NCBI RefSeq assembly: GCF_964194025.1
Contig: NC_134480.1
Coordinates: 11,966,001-12,030,000 of the forward strand
Source of the DNA: Convolutriloba macropyga
Lineage: Eukaryota
Length of the DNA: 64,000 bases
Reading direction: 5' to 3'
Shown piece after piece: positions 38,866 through 51,964 of this stretch (the stretch's first letter is position 1; every line of letters begins with the position of its first letter). Under the pieces are notes generated by a model. It ran no database searches. It had not been told where the DNA came from and saw only the letters and a program-made list of their open reading frames with translations. A program made the translations under genes and the position numbers.

Positions 38866-41800
38866 TAGGGATTAACCATCAGTTCAAAATTTTAAGCTAC
38901 GGCTAGTTTATGCTACTTTTTTTGCACTTCGCAGTATTTTAGCCAATTTAATCATTCTTGTTGCATCATAATCATTCTTCTTTTTGCAAATAAAGTTTGA
39001 GCGAGTCAATTGTGTAAGTAGATTCTCCAAGCAAATACTCAGCCATAGATCTGTCAATTAAACATGCCCCGCAAAGACCTATGGCAAGTGATTGCTCTAC
39101 TCGCATTGCGAAACAAGGTACAAAACTCAGATTGTGTACGACCAGTTAATTATATACTGTATTCTTCACAAAGAAGTAGTTTTAATGAAATTTATATATA
39201 ATTTTGCCTTGTTTCAATTGTCTCCACGAAATTGTTCAAGTCTAATGTTAAAACATTGGTCGCAAAAAAGCCCAATGAAACTGAGCATGTGTACTCTTTT
39301 TTTTTCAAATATTGGCCATGCAATGAAAATTAGAAATAAATACATAGTGGAGGACAAAAATTTTAGACAAATCATGTCAAGCCAAATCGTTTTCAACCCA
39401 TGTTTCAAGAGGACAAACCAAATTAGCATTTTTACTAATCGCTAATTAACTTGGCTTTTCAAACATTTTTTTTATATGGGGGAATATATATGCGCGGCTG
39501 GCTTTTTTCCTCATTCATATGGTCGTTTTTTTAAGCATCAAATAGGATAATAGAAGACACTTTTCTGTGGTCCTCAGGATCCAATTTTGATTTATAAATA
39601 AAATTATCAAATATTCATAAAAAGGTAATTTTTAAAATTAAAAAAGAATATTGAAAGATTGAGAAAGAAAAAAAGATTGAGAAAAAAGAGGAAATATTGA
39701 GAAAGAAAGTTTAATTCAAAATGGAGACCAACAGTAAAAAGGTAGTCAAAGAAGTTAGATTAAAAGCAAGGTTTCTTTTAAAATTCTCTACAGTTTCAAG
39801 CCTACACTCCACAGTTTGAAGCCTACAGTTTAATTACCTTTTTTCCATAGGGCCAAAAAATATTTAAAAAAGTAAAATGATAAGTTTTGTTTAATCAAAA
39901 TTTGGTACAAGATTAAACTGTGTATGTCTCTCTTTATTCTGCTGGTCAGAAATATTTTTTCTTCATAAGAAAAAAAATTTTCGGAAATTTTTAAAACTGA
40001 AGACTACAGGCAATTTAAAGCTCTAAAAATAACGAAAATCAATTTTGAAAATTTAAAACTAATAGAAACAAAGGTGTTCATTTTTAAAATTCTAGTGCTG
40101 ATTTTGCAAAAAGTTTTCTCAGTACATCAGAACAAAGCATTCATGTATTTTCAAACATTTTAAATGGAAAAAAGAATTGGTTCCTCTAAAAAAAACGCTA
40201 AACAAACTTCATTTTTTTTGAAAAAGTAAGAGGATGAGATTGAAATATTGAGAAAGTTTAATTCAAAATGGAGACTAACAGAAAAAAAATAGTCAACTAA
40301 GTTAGATTATATGCAGGATTTTTAAAAATTCTCTACAGCTTCACGCCTACACTCCGCAGTTCCAGGACTACAATTTCCTTGCCTTTTTCCAGAGGACCAA
40401 AAGTTGTTTAAAAAATTAAAATGTTGAGTTTTGATTTATCAAAATTTTGTTCAAGAAAAATTTGTGTATGTCTCTTTTTATTCTGCTGGTCAAAATTATT
40501 TTTTTCTTTATCAGGAAAAATTATTTTGAATTTTTGATAACTGAAGAGTTCAGGCAATTTGGAGCTCTGAAAATAACGAAAACCAATTTTGAAAATGTAA
40601 AACTAATAGAAACAAATGTGTTCATTTGTTAAATTCTTCTCTGCTGATTTGGCAAAATATTCTTCTGATTACATCAGAACCAAACATTCAGGTTTTTTCA
40701 AACATCTGAAAAGGAAAAAATAACTGGTTCCAAGAAATCAACGTCAAAACAACCTCATTTTGTTTCAAAAAATAGAAGGAAGAATTAAAGAAACGGCTAA
40801 AGAATTGTGGTTTCAAATATATTCAAAAAAATTGGGTTTCTTACTTCTAACTGTTGAAATCGTCTCATTACAAAAATTACAAGAAGAAAGCTAAAAGATG
40901 TGCTTCCAAATATTTATCTAAATGACCCCTCCAATCACTAGATCAGATGCAAATCTCAAAACGTATTTAATTGGGCAACAGTGCATCTGAAAGGTTTGCT
41001 TAAAGCGAAAAAGTGTAGTGAGGGGAGAAAACTAGATCGGTGTTTCTATAAAATTAAAAATTAGTTTGCTTATTTTTACCTTACTTGCAAAACCAAAGGG
41101 TCAAAAAAAATTAACTGATAACCAGCGTTAGTCAATTCAACTAAAAAAATTGTTATGAAGGGCTTTCAACTCTCTTTTTTATAGTAAACACCTTTAGACT
41201 CTGAGGGCAAAACTTGTCAGAAAGTTAGAAAATAGTCAACAAGAGATATTTGCTTAAAAAAGTGGCTTTAATTATTTTCGAAACAAAAATTGAGTTTTTT
41301 TATTCTAGCTGCTGACACATCTCCGAGGGTTACAAAAGATTGCTAGATGCCAATAGACTATCTTGAAAACGATCCTTTTGTTACTGAAACTGCTAAGGTC
41401 GGAAATTTCAACAGAAGACGACACTCATAAGAAATGTGATCAAAATCGAGCTGCAAGTCCAAATGTTTTCTATAAAAATTAGATAACCATCTGATGCCCT
41501 CGGAAAACTTTGTTTTCCGCAACAAAGTTTGCAACCATGATGCTGGTTTTGAACAAAGACTGCAGGGAAAATTTGACCATTTTTGAGAAGGCGAGACGAG
41601 CGGCTAAGATCATCTGAAGAAAAGACTGTTGCATTTTTAGATTATATCGTTTTTTTCCGGAATTCGTCGGTGACTTGCTCGCTTTTGGTGCAAAATATCC
41701 AATAAGGGACAACTTTAATGAAATGCAATTCTCGGTGGACAACTACAATTTGATAAGGAATCTGCTTGAGAACAAGGTACCAGACCAGGTGAAAAACTGT

Positions 41801-44800
41801 TTAGAATTGAAGCGGCAACAAAACGGTAATCAAAAAACATAGAAACACTTTTGGATAGAGCATTAGCAAAAGTGAAAAAATATCTACGTGACAACGCCCT
41901 GATTGCTGTCCCTTTTGATAAGGGTGTTGATTTTTTGTTGTGAAAAAAGCGCGTATGCAGAAAAACTGGAAAATATAATAGATTGCGAACAGTTCAGAAA
42001 ACTTAAAAAGAGTTTTAGTAATATCGTAATGAAAAATGGAAAAGGACTTAACAAGAACTTTTGGATGAGGAAAAAGGGAAGATAACGGTTAAGGGTTACG
42101 AAGCTTTACGAAGCTAGGGATTAACTATCAGTTCAAAATTTTAAGCTACGGCTAGTTTATGCTACTTTTTTTGCACTTCGCAGTATTTTACCCAATTTAA
42201 TCATTCTTATTGCATCATAATCATTCTTCTTTTTGGAAATAAAATTTGAGCGAGTCAATTGTGTAAGTAGATTCTCCAAGCAAGTACTCAGCCATAGATC
42301 TGTAATTTAAACATGCCCCGCAAAGGCCTATGGCAAGTGATTGCTCTACTCGCATTGCGAAACAAGGTACAAAACTCAGATTGTGTACGACCAGTTAATT
42401 ATATACTGTATCCTTCACAAAGAAGTAGTTTTAATGAAATTTATACATAATTTTGCCTTGTTTCAATTTTCTTCACAAAATTGTTCAAGTCTAATGTTAA
42501 AACATTGGTCGCGAAAAAGCCCAACGAAATTGAGCATGTATACTTTTTTTCAAATATTGGCCACGCAATGAAAATCAGAAATATGTACATAGTGGAGGAT
42601 ACCATCAGATCAAAAAATTGTAGACAAATCAGGTCAAGCCAAATCGTTTTCAACCCATATCTCAAGAGGAAAAACCAAAACAGCATTTTTACTAATCGCT
42701 AATTAACTTGGCTTTTTCAAACATTTTTTTTATATGAGGGAATATTTATGCGCGGCTGGCTTTTTTCCTCATTCATATTGTCGTTTTTTAAGCACCGAAT
42801 AGGATAATAAAAAATACTTTTTTGTGGTCCTCAGGATCCAATTTTGATTTATAAATAAAATTATCAAATATTCATAAAAAGGTAATTTTTAAATTTAAAA
42901 AAGAATATTGAAAGATTGAGAAAGAAGTAAAGATTGAGAAAAAAGAAGAAAAAAACGTAATTAATTGGGCAACAGTGCAAGTGCATCTGCAAGGTTTGCT
43001 TAAAACGAAAAAAGTGCAGTGAGTGGGAAAAACTAGATCAGCATTTCTATAAATTTAAAAATAAGTTTGCCTATTTTTACCTTACTTGCAAAACCAAAGG
43101 GTCAAAACAATAATTTAACTGATAACCAGCGTTAGTCAACTCAATTAAAAAAATTGTTATGAAGGGCTTTCAACTTTCTTTCTTATGGTAAACACTTTTA
43201 GAATAAGAGGGCTAAACTTGTCAGAAAGTTAGAAAATAGTCAACAAGAGATATTTGCTTAAAAAAGTGGCTTTGATTATTTTCGAAACAAAAATTGAGTT
43301 TTTTTTATTCTAGCTGCTGACACATCTCCGAGGGTTACAAAAGATTGCTAGATGCCAATAGACTATCTTGAAAACGATCCTTTTAATTGACTATCCGTTT
43401 TAATTCACAATCCTTTTTTTACTAAAACTGCTAAGGTTGGAAATTTCAACAGAATTTGACATTCACAAGAAATTTGATCAAAAATGAGCTGCAAGTCGAA
43501 AAGTTTTCTATAAAAAGTTAGATAACCATCTGATGCCCTCCAAAATTTTTGTTTTGCGCAATGGAGTTTGCAACCATGATGTTGGTTTTGAACAAATACT
43601 GCAGGGAAATATTAACCAATTCTGGAAAAGCGAGACAAGCTGCTAAGATCATCTGATGAAAAGACTGTTGCACTTCTAGATAATATCATTTTTCAGGGAT
43701 TCGTCAGGGACATGCTTTCTTTTGGTTCAAAGCATCCAATAAGGGACACCTTTAAAGAAATGCAATTCTCGGTGGACATCTACAATTTGATAAGGAATCT
43801 GCTTGAGAACAAGGTACCAGACCAGGTGAAAAATTGTTTAGCATTAAAGCGGCAGCAAAACGGTAATCAAAAAACATAGAAACACTTTTGGATAGAGCAT
43901 TAGCAAAAGTGAAAAAATATCTACGTGACAACGCCCTGATTGCTGTCCCTTTTGATAAGGGTGTTGATTTTTTGTTGTGAAAAAAGCACGTATGCAGAAA
44001 AATTGGAAAATATAATAGATTGCGATCAGTTCAGAAAACTTAAAAAGAGTTTTGGTAATATCGTAATGAAAAATGGAAAAGGACTTAACAAGAACTTTCG
44101 GATGAGGAAAAAGGGAAGATACCGGTTAAGAGTTACGAAGCTTTACTAAGCTAGGGATTAACTATCAGTTCAAAATTTTAAGCTACGGCTAGTTTATGCT
44201 ACTTTTTTTGCACTTCGCAGTATTTTAGCCAATTTAATCATTCTTGTTGCATCATAATCATTCTTCTTTTTGCAAATAAAGTTTGAGCGAGTCAATTGTG
44301 TAAGTAGATTCTCCAAGCAAATACTCAGCCATAGATCTGTCAATTAAACATTCCCCGCAAAGACCTATGGCAAGTGATTGCTCTACTCGCATTGCGAAAC
44401 AAGGTACAAAACTCAGATTCTGTATGACCAGTTAATTATATTTTGTATCCTTCACAAAGAAGTAGTTTTAATGAAATTTATACATAATTTTGCCTTGGTT
44501 CAATTGTCTCCACGAAATCGTTCAAGTCTAATGTTAAAACATTGGTCGCGAAAAAGCCCAATGAAATTGAGCATGTATACTCTATTTTTCAAATATTGGC
44601 CACGCAATGAAAATTAGAAATAAATACATAGTGGAAGATACCTTCAGATCAAAAGGTTTTACACAAATCAGGTCAAACCAAATCGTTTTCAACCCATATT
44701 CCAAGAGGACAAAACCAAAACAGCATTTTTACTAATCGCTAATTAACTTGGCTTTTCAAACATTTTTTTTATATGGGGGAATACATATGCGCGGCTGGCT

Positions 44801-46275
44801 TTTTTCCTCATTCATATTGTCGTTTTTTAAGCACCGAATAGGATAATAAAAGACACTTTTTTAAGGTCCTCAGTATCCAATTTTGATTTATATATTAAAC
44901 TATCAAATATTCATAAAAAAGGTAATTTTTAAATTTAAAAAAGAATATTGAAAGATTGAGAAAGAAGTAAAGATTGAGAAAAAAGAGGAAAAAAACGTAA
45001 TTAATTGGACAACAGTGCATCTGCAAGGTTTGCTTAAAACGAAAAAAGTGTAGTGAGTGGGAAAACTAGATCGGCATTTCTATAAATTTAAAAATTAGTT
45101 TGCCTTTTTTACCTTACTTGCAAAACCAAAGGGTCAAAACAAAAAATTAACTGATAACCAGCGTTAGTCAACTCAACTACAAAAATTGTTACGAAGGGCT
45201 TTCAACTTTCTTTTTTATAGTAAACACTTTTAGACTCAGAGGGCAAAACTTGTCAGAAAGTTAGAAAATAGTCAATAAGAGATATTTGCTAAGAAAAGTG
45301 GCATTAATTATATTCAAAACAAAAATTGAGTTTTTTAATTCTAGCTGCTGACACATCTCCGAGAGTTACAAAAGATTGCTAGATGCCAATAGACATTCTT
45401 GAAAACGATCCTTTTAATTGACTATCCGTTTTAATTCACAATCCTTTTTTTACTAAAACTGCTAAGGTTGGAAATTTCAACAGAATTTGACATTCACAAG
45501 AAATTTGATCAAAAATGAGCTGCAAGTCGAAAAGTTTTCTATAAAAAGTTAGATAACCATCTGATGCCCTCCAAAATTTTTGTTTTGCGCAATGGAGTTT
45601 GCAACCATGATGTTGGTTTTGAACAAATACTGCAGGGAAATATTAACCAATTCTGGAAAAGCGAGACAAGCTGCTAAGATCATCTGATGAAAAGACTGTT
45701 GCCTTTCTAGATAATATCATTTTTCAGGGATTCGTCAGGGACATGCTTTCTTTTGGTTCAAAGCATCCAATAAGGGACAACTTTAAAGAAATGCAATTCC
45801 TGGTGGACATCTACAATTTGATAAGATATCTGCGGCAAAACAAGATACCAGGTGAAAAACTGCTTGAAATTGAAGCGGCAGAAAAACGGAAATCAAAAAA
45901 CATCAGAAACACTTTTAGATTGAGCATTAGTAAATGTGTAAAAATATCTGCGTGACAACGCCATGATTGCTGCCATTTTTCATAAGGGTGCTGATTTTTT
46001 TGGTTGTGAAAGAAAGCACGTACGCAAAAAAACTGGAAAAAAATGATAGATTGCGAACAGTTCAGAAAATTTGCAAAGAGTTCTGATAAAATCATCATGA
46101 AAAATGGAAAAAGACTTAACAAGAACTTTTGGATATGAGGAAAAAGGGAAGATAACGGTTAACATTTAAGAAGTTTTAATGTCCACCAAAGCGCAAACGG
46201 CAAAGTTGTGTAGATTTACTAAGGTACACAACAACAAAAAACTGAGAAAACATAGAAACTAACGCCAATGACGCG

Positions 46276-46546
46276 TTATCGAGGCAGGTTTTAAAAATAG
46301 AATGTAATGAGACACTCAGACTAGTTGAAAGGTGTTTTAGGATCAGGTTTCCTATTCCGTCCAGACCTCTGCTTTTACAGATGTCTAATTCCTGTAAAAT
46401 AGGGCTAATCTGATCTCTTGTGCACGGTATCATGTTATAAATATTTTTAGGGAATTGCTGGTGGGTATTTTTAGTTTTTGAGCCAAACACGTTATGGAAA
46501 AACTGGTTGAAAAGTTCGGCTTTGTTCAAGTCGTCTGTTGCTCTGT
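46276..46546 (-). mobile_element. Duplicated LINE ORF2 fragment (copy of 48553-48818)
   Basis: KAELFNQFF...LQELDICKSRGLDGIGNLILK...SIFKTCL, the region just before the RT of CR1/L2-type ORF2. Confidence 0.85.
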
Positions 46547-48552
46547 TTTTTGCACTTCGCAGTATTTTACCCAATTTAATCATTCTTATTGCATCATAAT
46601 CATTCTTCTTTTTGCAAATAAAATTTGAGCGAGTCAATTGTGTAAGTAGATTCTCCAAGCAAGTACTCAGCCATAGATCTGTAAATTAAACATGCCCCGC
46701 AAAGGCCTATGGCAAGTGATTGCTCTACTTGCATTGCGAAACAAGGTACAAAACTCAGATTGTGTACGACCAGTTAATTATATACTGTATCCTTCACAAA
46801 GAAGTAGTTTTAATGAAATTTATACATAATTTTGCCTTGGTTCAATTGTCTCCACAAAATTGTTCAATTCTAATGTTAAAACTAATGAAAATTAGAAATA
46901 AATACATAGTGGAGGATACCTTCAGATCAAAAAAGTTTTAGACAAATTAGGTCAAACCAAATCGTTTTCAACCCATATTCCAAGAGGACAAACCAAAACA
47001 GTATTCTTACTAATCGCTAATTAACTTGGCTTTTCAAACCTTTTTTTTATATGGGGGAATACATATGCGCGGCTGGCTTTTTTCCTCATTCATATTGTCG
47101 TTTTTTAAGCACCGAATAGGATAATAAAAGACACTTTTTTGTGGTCCTCAGTATCCAATTTTGATTTATAAATAAAATTATCAAGTATTCATAAAAAGGT
47201 AATTTTTAAATTTAAAAAAGAATATTGACAGATTGAGAAAGAAGTAAAGATTGAGATAAAATAGGAAAAAAACGTAATTAATTGGGCAACAGTGCATCTG
47301 CAAGGTTTGCTTAAAACGAAAAAAGTGTAGTGAGTGGGAAAAACTAGAGAGGCATTTCTATAATATTGAAAATTAGTTTGCCTTTTTTTACCTTACTTGC
47401 AAAACCAAAGGGTCAAAACAAAAAATTAACTGATAACCAGCGTTAGTCAACTCAACTAAAAAAAATGTTACGAAGGGCTTTCAACTTTCTTTCTTATAGT
47501 AAACACTTTTAGACTCAGAGGGCAAAACTTGTCAGAAAGTTAGAAAATAGTCAATAAGAGATATTTGCTAAGAAAAGTGGCTTTAATTATATTCAAAACA
47601 AAAATTGAGTTTTTTAATTCTAGCTGCTGACACATCTCCGAGAGTTACAAAAGATTGCTAGATGCCAATAGACATTCTTGAAAACGATCCTTTTAATTGA
47701 CTATCTGTTTTAATTCACAATCCTTTTTTTACTAAAACTGCTAAGGTTGGAAATTTCAACAGAATTTGACATTCACAAGAAATTTGATCAAAAACGAGCT
47801 GCAAGTCGAAAAGTTTTCTATAAAAAGTTAGATAACCATCTGATGCCCTCCAAAATTTTTGTTTTGCGCAATGGAGTTTGCAACCAAGTTGTTGGTTTTG
47901 AACAAATACTGCAGGGAAATATTGACAAAGTTTGGAAAAGCGAGACAAGCTGCTAAGATCATCTGATGAAAAGACTGTTGCAGTTCTAGATAATATCATT
48001 TTTCAGGGATTCGTCAGGGACATGCTTTCTTTTGGTTCAAAGCATCCAATAATGGACAATTTTAAAGAAATGCAATTCTTGGTGGACATCTACAATTTGA
48101 TAAGATATCTGCGGCAAAACAAGATACCAGGTGAAAAACTGCTTGAAATTGAAGCGGCAGAAAAACGGAAATCAAAAAACATCAGAAACACTTTTAGATA
48201 GAGCATTAGTAAATGTGCAAAATATCTGCGTGACAACGCCATGATTGCTCTCATTTTCCATAAGGGTGCTGATTTTTTTGGTTGTGAAAGAAAGCACGTA
48301 CGCAAAAAAACTGGAAAAAATGATAGATTGCGAACAGTTCAGAAAATTTGCAAAGAGTTCTGATAAAATCATAATGAAAAATGGAAAAAGACTTAACAAG
48401 AACTTTTGGATATGAGGAAAAAGGGAAGATAACGGTTAACATTTAAGAAGTTTTAATGTCCACCAAAGCGCAAACGGCAAAGTTGTGTAGATTTACTAAG
48501 GTACACAAAAACAAAAATCTGAGAAAACATAGAAACTAACGCCAATGACGCG

Positions 48553-50750
48553 TTATGGAGGCAGGTTTTAAAAATAGAATGTAATGAGAAACTCAGACTA
48601 GTTGAAAGTTGTTTTAGGATCAGGTTTCCTATTCCGTCCAGACCTCTGCTTTTACTGATGTCTAATTCCTGTAAAATAGGGCTAATCTGATCTCTTGTGC
48701 ACGGTATCATGTTATGAATATTTTTAGGGAATTGCTGGTGGGTATTTTGAGCCAAACACGTTATGGAAAAACTGGTTGAAAAGTTCGGCTTTGTTCAAGT
48801 CGTCTGTTGCTCTGTTTTGAACGTGCAATAATTCGCTCGGATAAAGCGGTGCTTTTTTAACTGATCTTAAAATTTTCGTATTTTGGTGAACTTTTTGGAA
48901 TTGAACACCTCAGTTTTATAATCCAGTTGATCTTCTGTCGTTCTTTTAGATATTTCATCATTGAATTGATTGATTTTGGATAGTGTTGCTTGGCTGTTGT
49001 TTATTCTATTTTTTCATTGCATTGTCTCTAAAGTTTTGATATGATATAACGTATAATTAGAGATCCAGGGAGGCAGGTTTGCTCTGTGAGTTGTCACTTT
49101 TGGGACGTTTTGTTCAAAAGTTTGTTGAACCAGCGGCAACACTGATTCAGGAGCTCGTCATTTTTACTATAGCAGTACGGTTGAAAGGGTCTCTCTAAAA
49201 CTATCTCATTTAGTTTTTGCCAATCGACTTTGTTTAGAGCAAATTTCGCTAGTCTGTTTGTTTCTAATTTATCGAAAGAATCTCGTTTGGAATGGGTAAT
49301 GGTCAGAGCTCTTAGCGTTGCCTATTTTGTTTTGGTTGTCTAGAGTGTTATCAATATTAGACTCTATCCAGAGCTGAGGCTCGTTCATCAGAAACACATC
49401 TAGTTGCTTAATATTACCCGTTAAGTCTCTGAAATCAAATACTTGTTGAAAGGTAATTTCAGTGAAAAGGTTTAGAGAGTCATTTTTGTACTCATCGCTT
49501 GAATACGTTGTTTTCCAGTCGGTGCTTACAAAATTAATATCACCTCTAAAACTTACTGAATTAAAATCCATAGATTTTTGTTTCTTTGTCATACGACTGA
49601 AAAAGTGCTGAAATGTGTCGAGATTCCATCTGTAGGAGCTTGTTCATGGTGGATTATAAATACATGCAATTATAAGGGAAGACTTCATTTAAGATACGTT
49701 AATTACAACTGTGTCTAGTAAATTGGGACTTGGTGAGATGTCTTCAGCATTCAAGGTATTTTGACAGCAAGAGGGGCGCCTCCAAGTTTGGTTTTCCCGT
49801 CATCAATTAATCGTTTTTGCTGAAAAATAAGGTAACCTTTTAAAAATAGAGCTTCGTTCGGGACTGCGTCAGTGAGCCAGTTTTCAGTGGTGAGACATAT
49901 AATGTCATAATTTTTACATAGTAAAGAGTTCGAGAGACAGCATCTTCGCGTGAGCTCCAGAATGCTTCGGACATTGAAATTAACAATGGTAATCTCAGCT
50001 CTTCAGATGATTTAGTCAATCATCCCAATCTTCAACCCAGTCACTGTTGACTTTCCTAAAGAGATTAAGATTTTGAATCTTTATTTCTTTTCTAATGATA
50101 TTGCCCGTTTGGAACAGTTCGAGTCTTGTTATCAGTAGTTTATTTTCAATTTGTACTTCTTGTGGTGTGAGTTCTTCGCTTATGTACATTTTGTATTGTA
50201 GTTCCGCAGTTTTGATAAAGACATTAGTAAGATAGCGTTAGCGAGATCGATAAGGATTGGTCTACGTTTGTTCTCTTTGTATGTACGTCGAAGGCAGTTG
50301 ATTTTGTTGTTAATGTTCAGGAAGCTCATTATTGCATTTACCTCTGATCTGTCTGACTCAGCCCTTTTTCTCGGTTCCTCACTTTTGCTGTCTTCAATTC
50401 CTGGAATCCTAACGCCATTGTCTTCAAATAATTGCTTATTTGGTACCTCCTTTTTTCGGTTGGAAGTTTTTGTTGTCCTCCCGTTGGTACCAATGATACT
50501 TTAAGTTTTTCATTTATCTTTTTATCAATTGTTTCGGTGACCACAATTGTGAGAACTCCTTGATTGTCAGCGCTGGTTTTGTTGCCTCAATAACGATATC
50601 TCTTTTGTTCAGAGAGACAGATTGGCTGCAGAGAAGGAAGATGCTAACATTTACTTCTCTAGGAACACAATTTGGAAAGAATAGGTTTTTCGAAATTGAA
50701 TTTTGGAAAAAATAGTTTTTTTGTTTGTGAGTCTGCAATTAATAAATTCC
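48553..50750 (-). mobile_element. 3'-truncated, decayed CR1/L2-type LINE: ORF1, APE endonuclease and start of RT
   Basis: ORF1 remnants (GVRIPGIED, RPILIDL, MYISEELTPQE), then IVNFNVRSI, YDIICLTTENWL, GDINF, LDVFL, SDHYP and KSRGLDGIG across frameshifts. Confidence 0.85.
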
Positions 50751-51964
50751 TCCTAGTTAGGAAAAAAGAGGTTGGTTTGTATTCCTAGCTACAGTTAATC
50801 TGAAATCACACTATTTGAAAAAGTGAAATGACTAGTTAATAAGTTTTTAATAACTGACTATCTAAAAAATGACTATTTATAGCTCCACCAACCTCATCTA
50901 ATTGCGGTTATTATTCCATTCTGTGGGCTTTAATTTCGTTGGGGCTGCTATAATTGGAAAAATTTATAAGTTCAATAATGAATAATTATGGCGCTCCAAG
51001 GGTTGTTTCCGTTTGCGTCCCCAGTACGTTCTGCACACCCAGTTACAAGGCAAGTTCTTTCATTACAGAGCAATTCATCCCTCACTCGCAACAACACTAT
51101 CGGTATTATTAATCTGTCACACGTTTAAAACCATGGCAGTATCTGAAACAGATTAGTGTGCCTAAGAGTGCGAAATTTTTTTTCGTGCGAATGTATGTTA
51201 TTGCGTCCACGTAGGTGTCATTTTTCTTCCATTACATAGCAAATAATAGTGTTAATATATAGCACGGGCTGTTATGCGTGCAAAGAATTTTCCTATCCAA
51301 AGCTGAGGGGCCACATACGGAAAAGATCCCATTCCCATTATAGCTGCGGGGATGCTTAAATGGGAGCTGTGGTTGAAAAGGGACGTTGTTAGCTTGACTC
51401 ATCTATTTTTGTCATTAGTTGTTTGTTTTCTAATGCTGTCTGTCTTTTGTTTAACATTCTCAGCTGATGTTTGTATATAATATCATTCTATTGGGAGATT
51501 TAAATAATACGAGATGAAGACGTAGTTCTGGGAGGGCCACGGACGAGCCAATATTCACCCAGTTTTGGGGAGGGGCATTTCTTAATTTCCCTTTTTTTTC
51601 CTTTTCCCATTAGAGCGCCCCTCCAGCTAAAGGATTATAACTTATTTCCCACTCTAGCCAACACCGTAAATTTGTCATTAGGGAGAGAACTATCTTTTCG
51701 AAGGACGCTATTACGAGAGAAAGTGACGTTTATGTGAATAATTTGATTATTGTTCCCGACCCACTATTTGCAAGGAGAGGAATTATGCTCAACTGGGCTT
51801 TATTTTTGTTCAATTAAATTTCGCTGATCGATTTATTCATCGTACACAGTTGTGAGTGGTACCATTAGGAAGCGCATACAGCGTAGACTATATAATTGAG
51901 AATATTGTGTTGAAAATCGTTTTTCCAGGCAGTTACGAAGGTTTATATTTTGTGAACATTAATA

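Larger units (their letters stand above)
35631..48818 (+). repeat. Composite tandem array of five units (~3237, 3249, 2037, ~2390, ~2270 bp)
   Basis: Unit starts GGGATTAAC at 35631, 38868, 42117, 44154 and a truncated start at ~46546; the anchor ORF MLYSHCETRY recurs at 35855, 39092, 42341, 44378, 46720. Confidence 0.95.

Noticed and set aside
35855-46941. Repeated MLYSHCETRY... ORFs as a gene family
   Set aside because: TTG starts, different frameshifts and stops in each copy, no domain; by-product of the tandem array.
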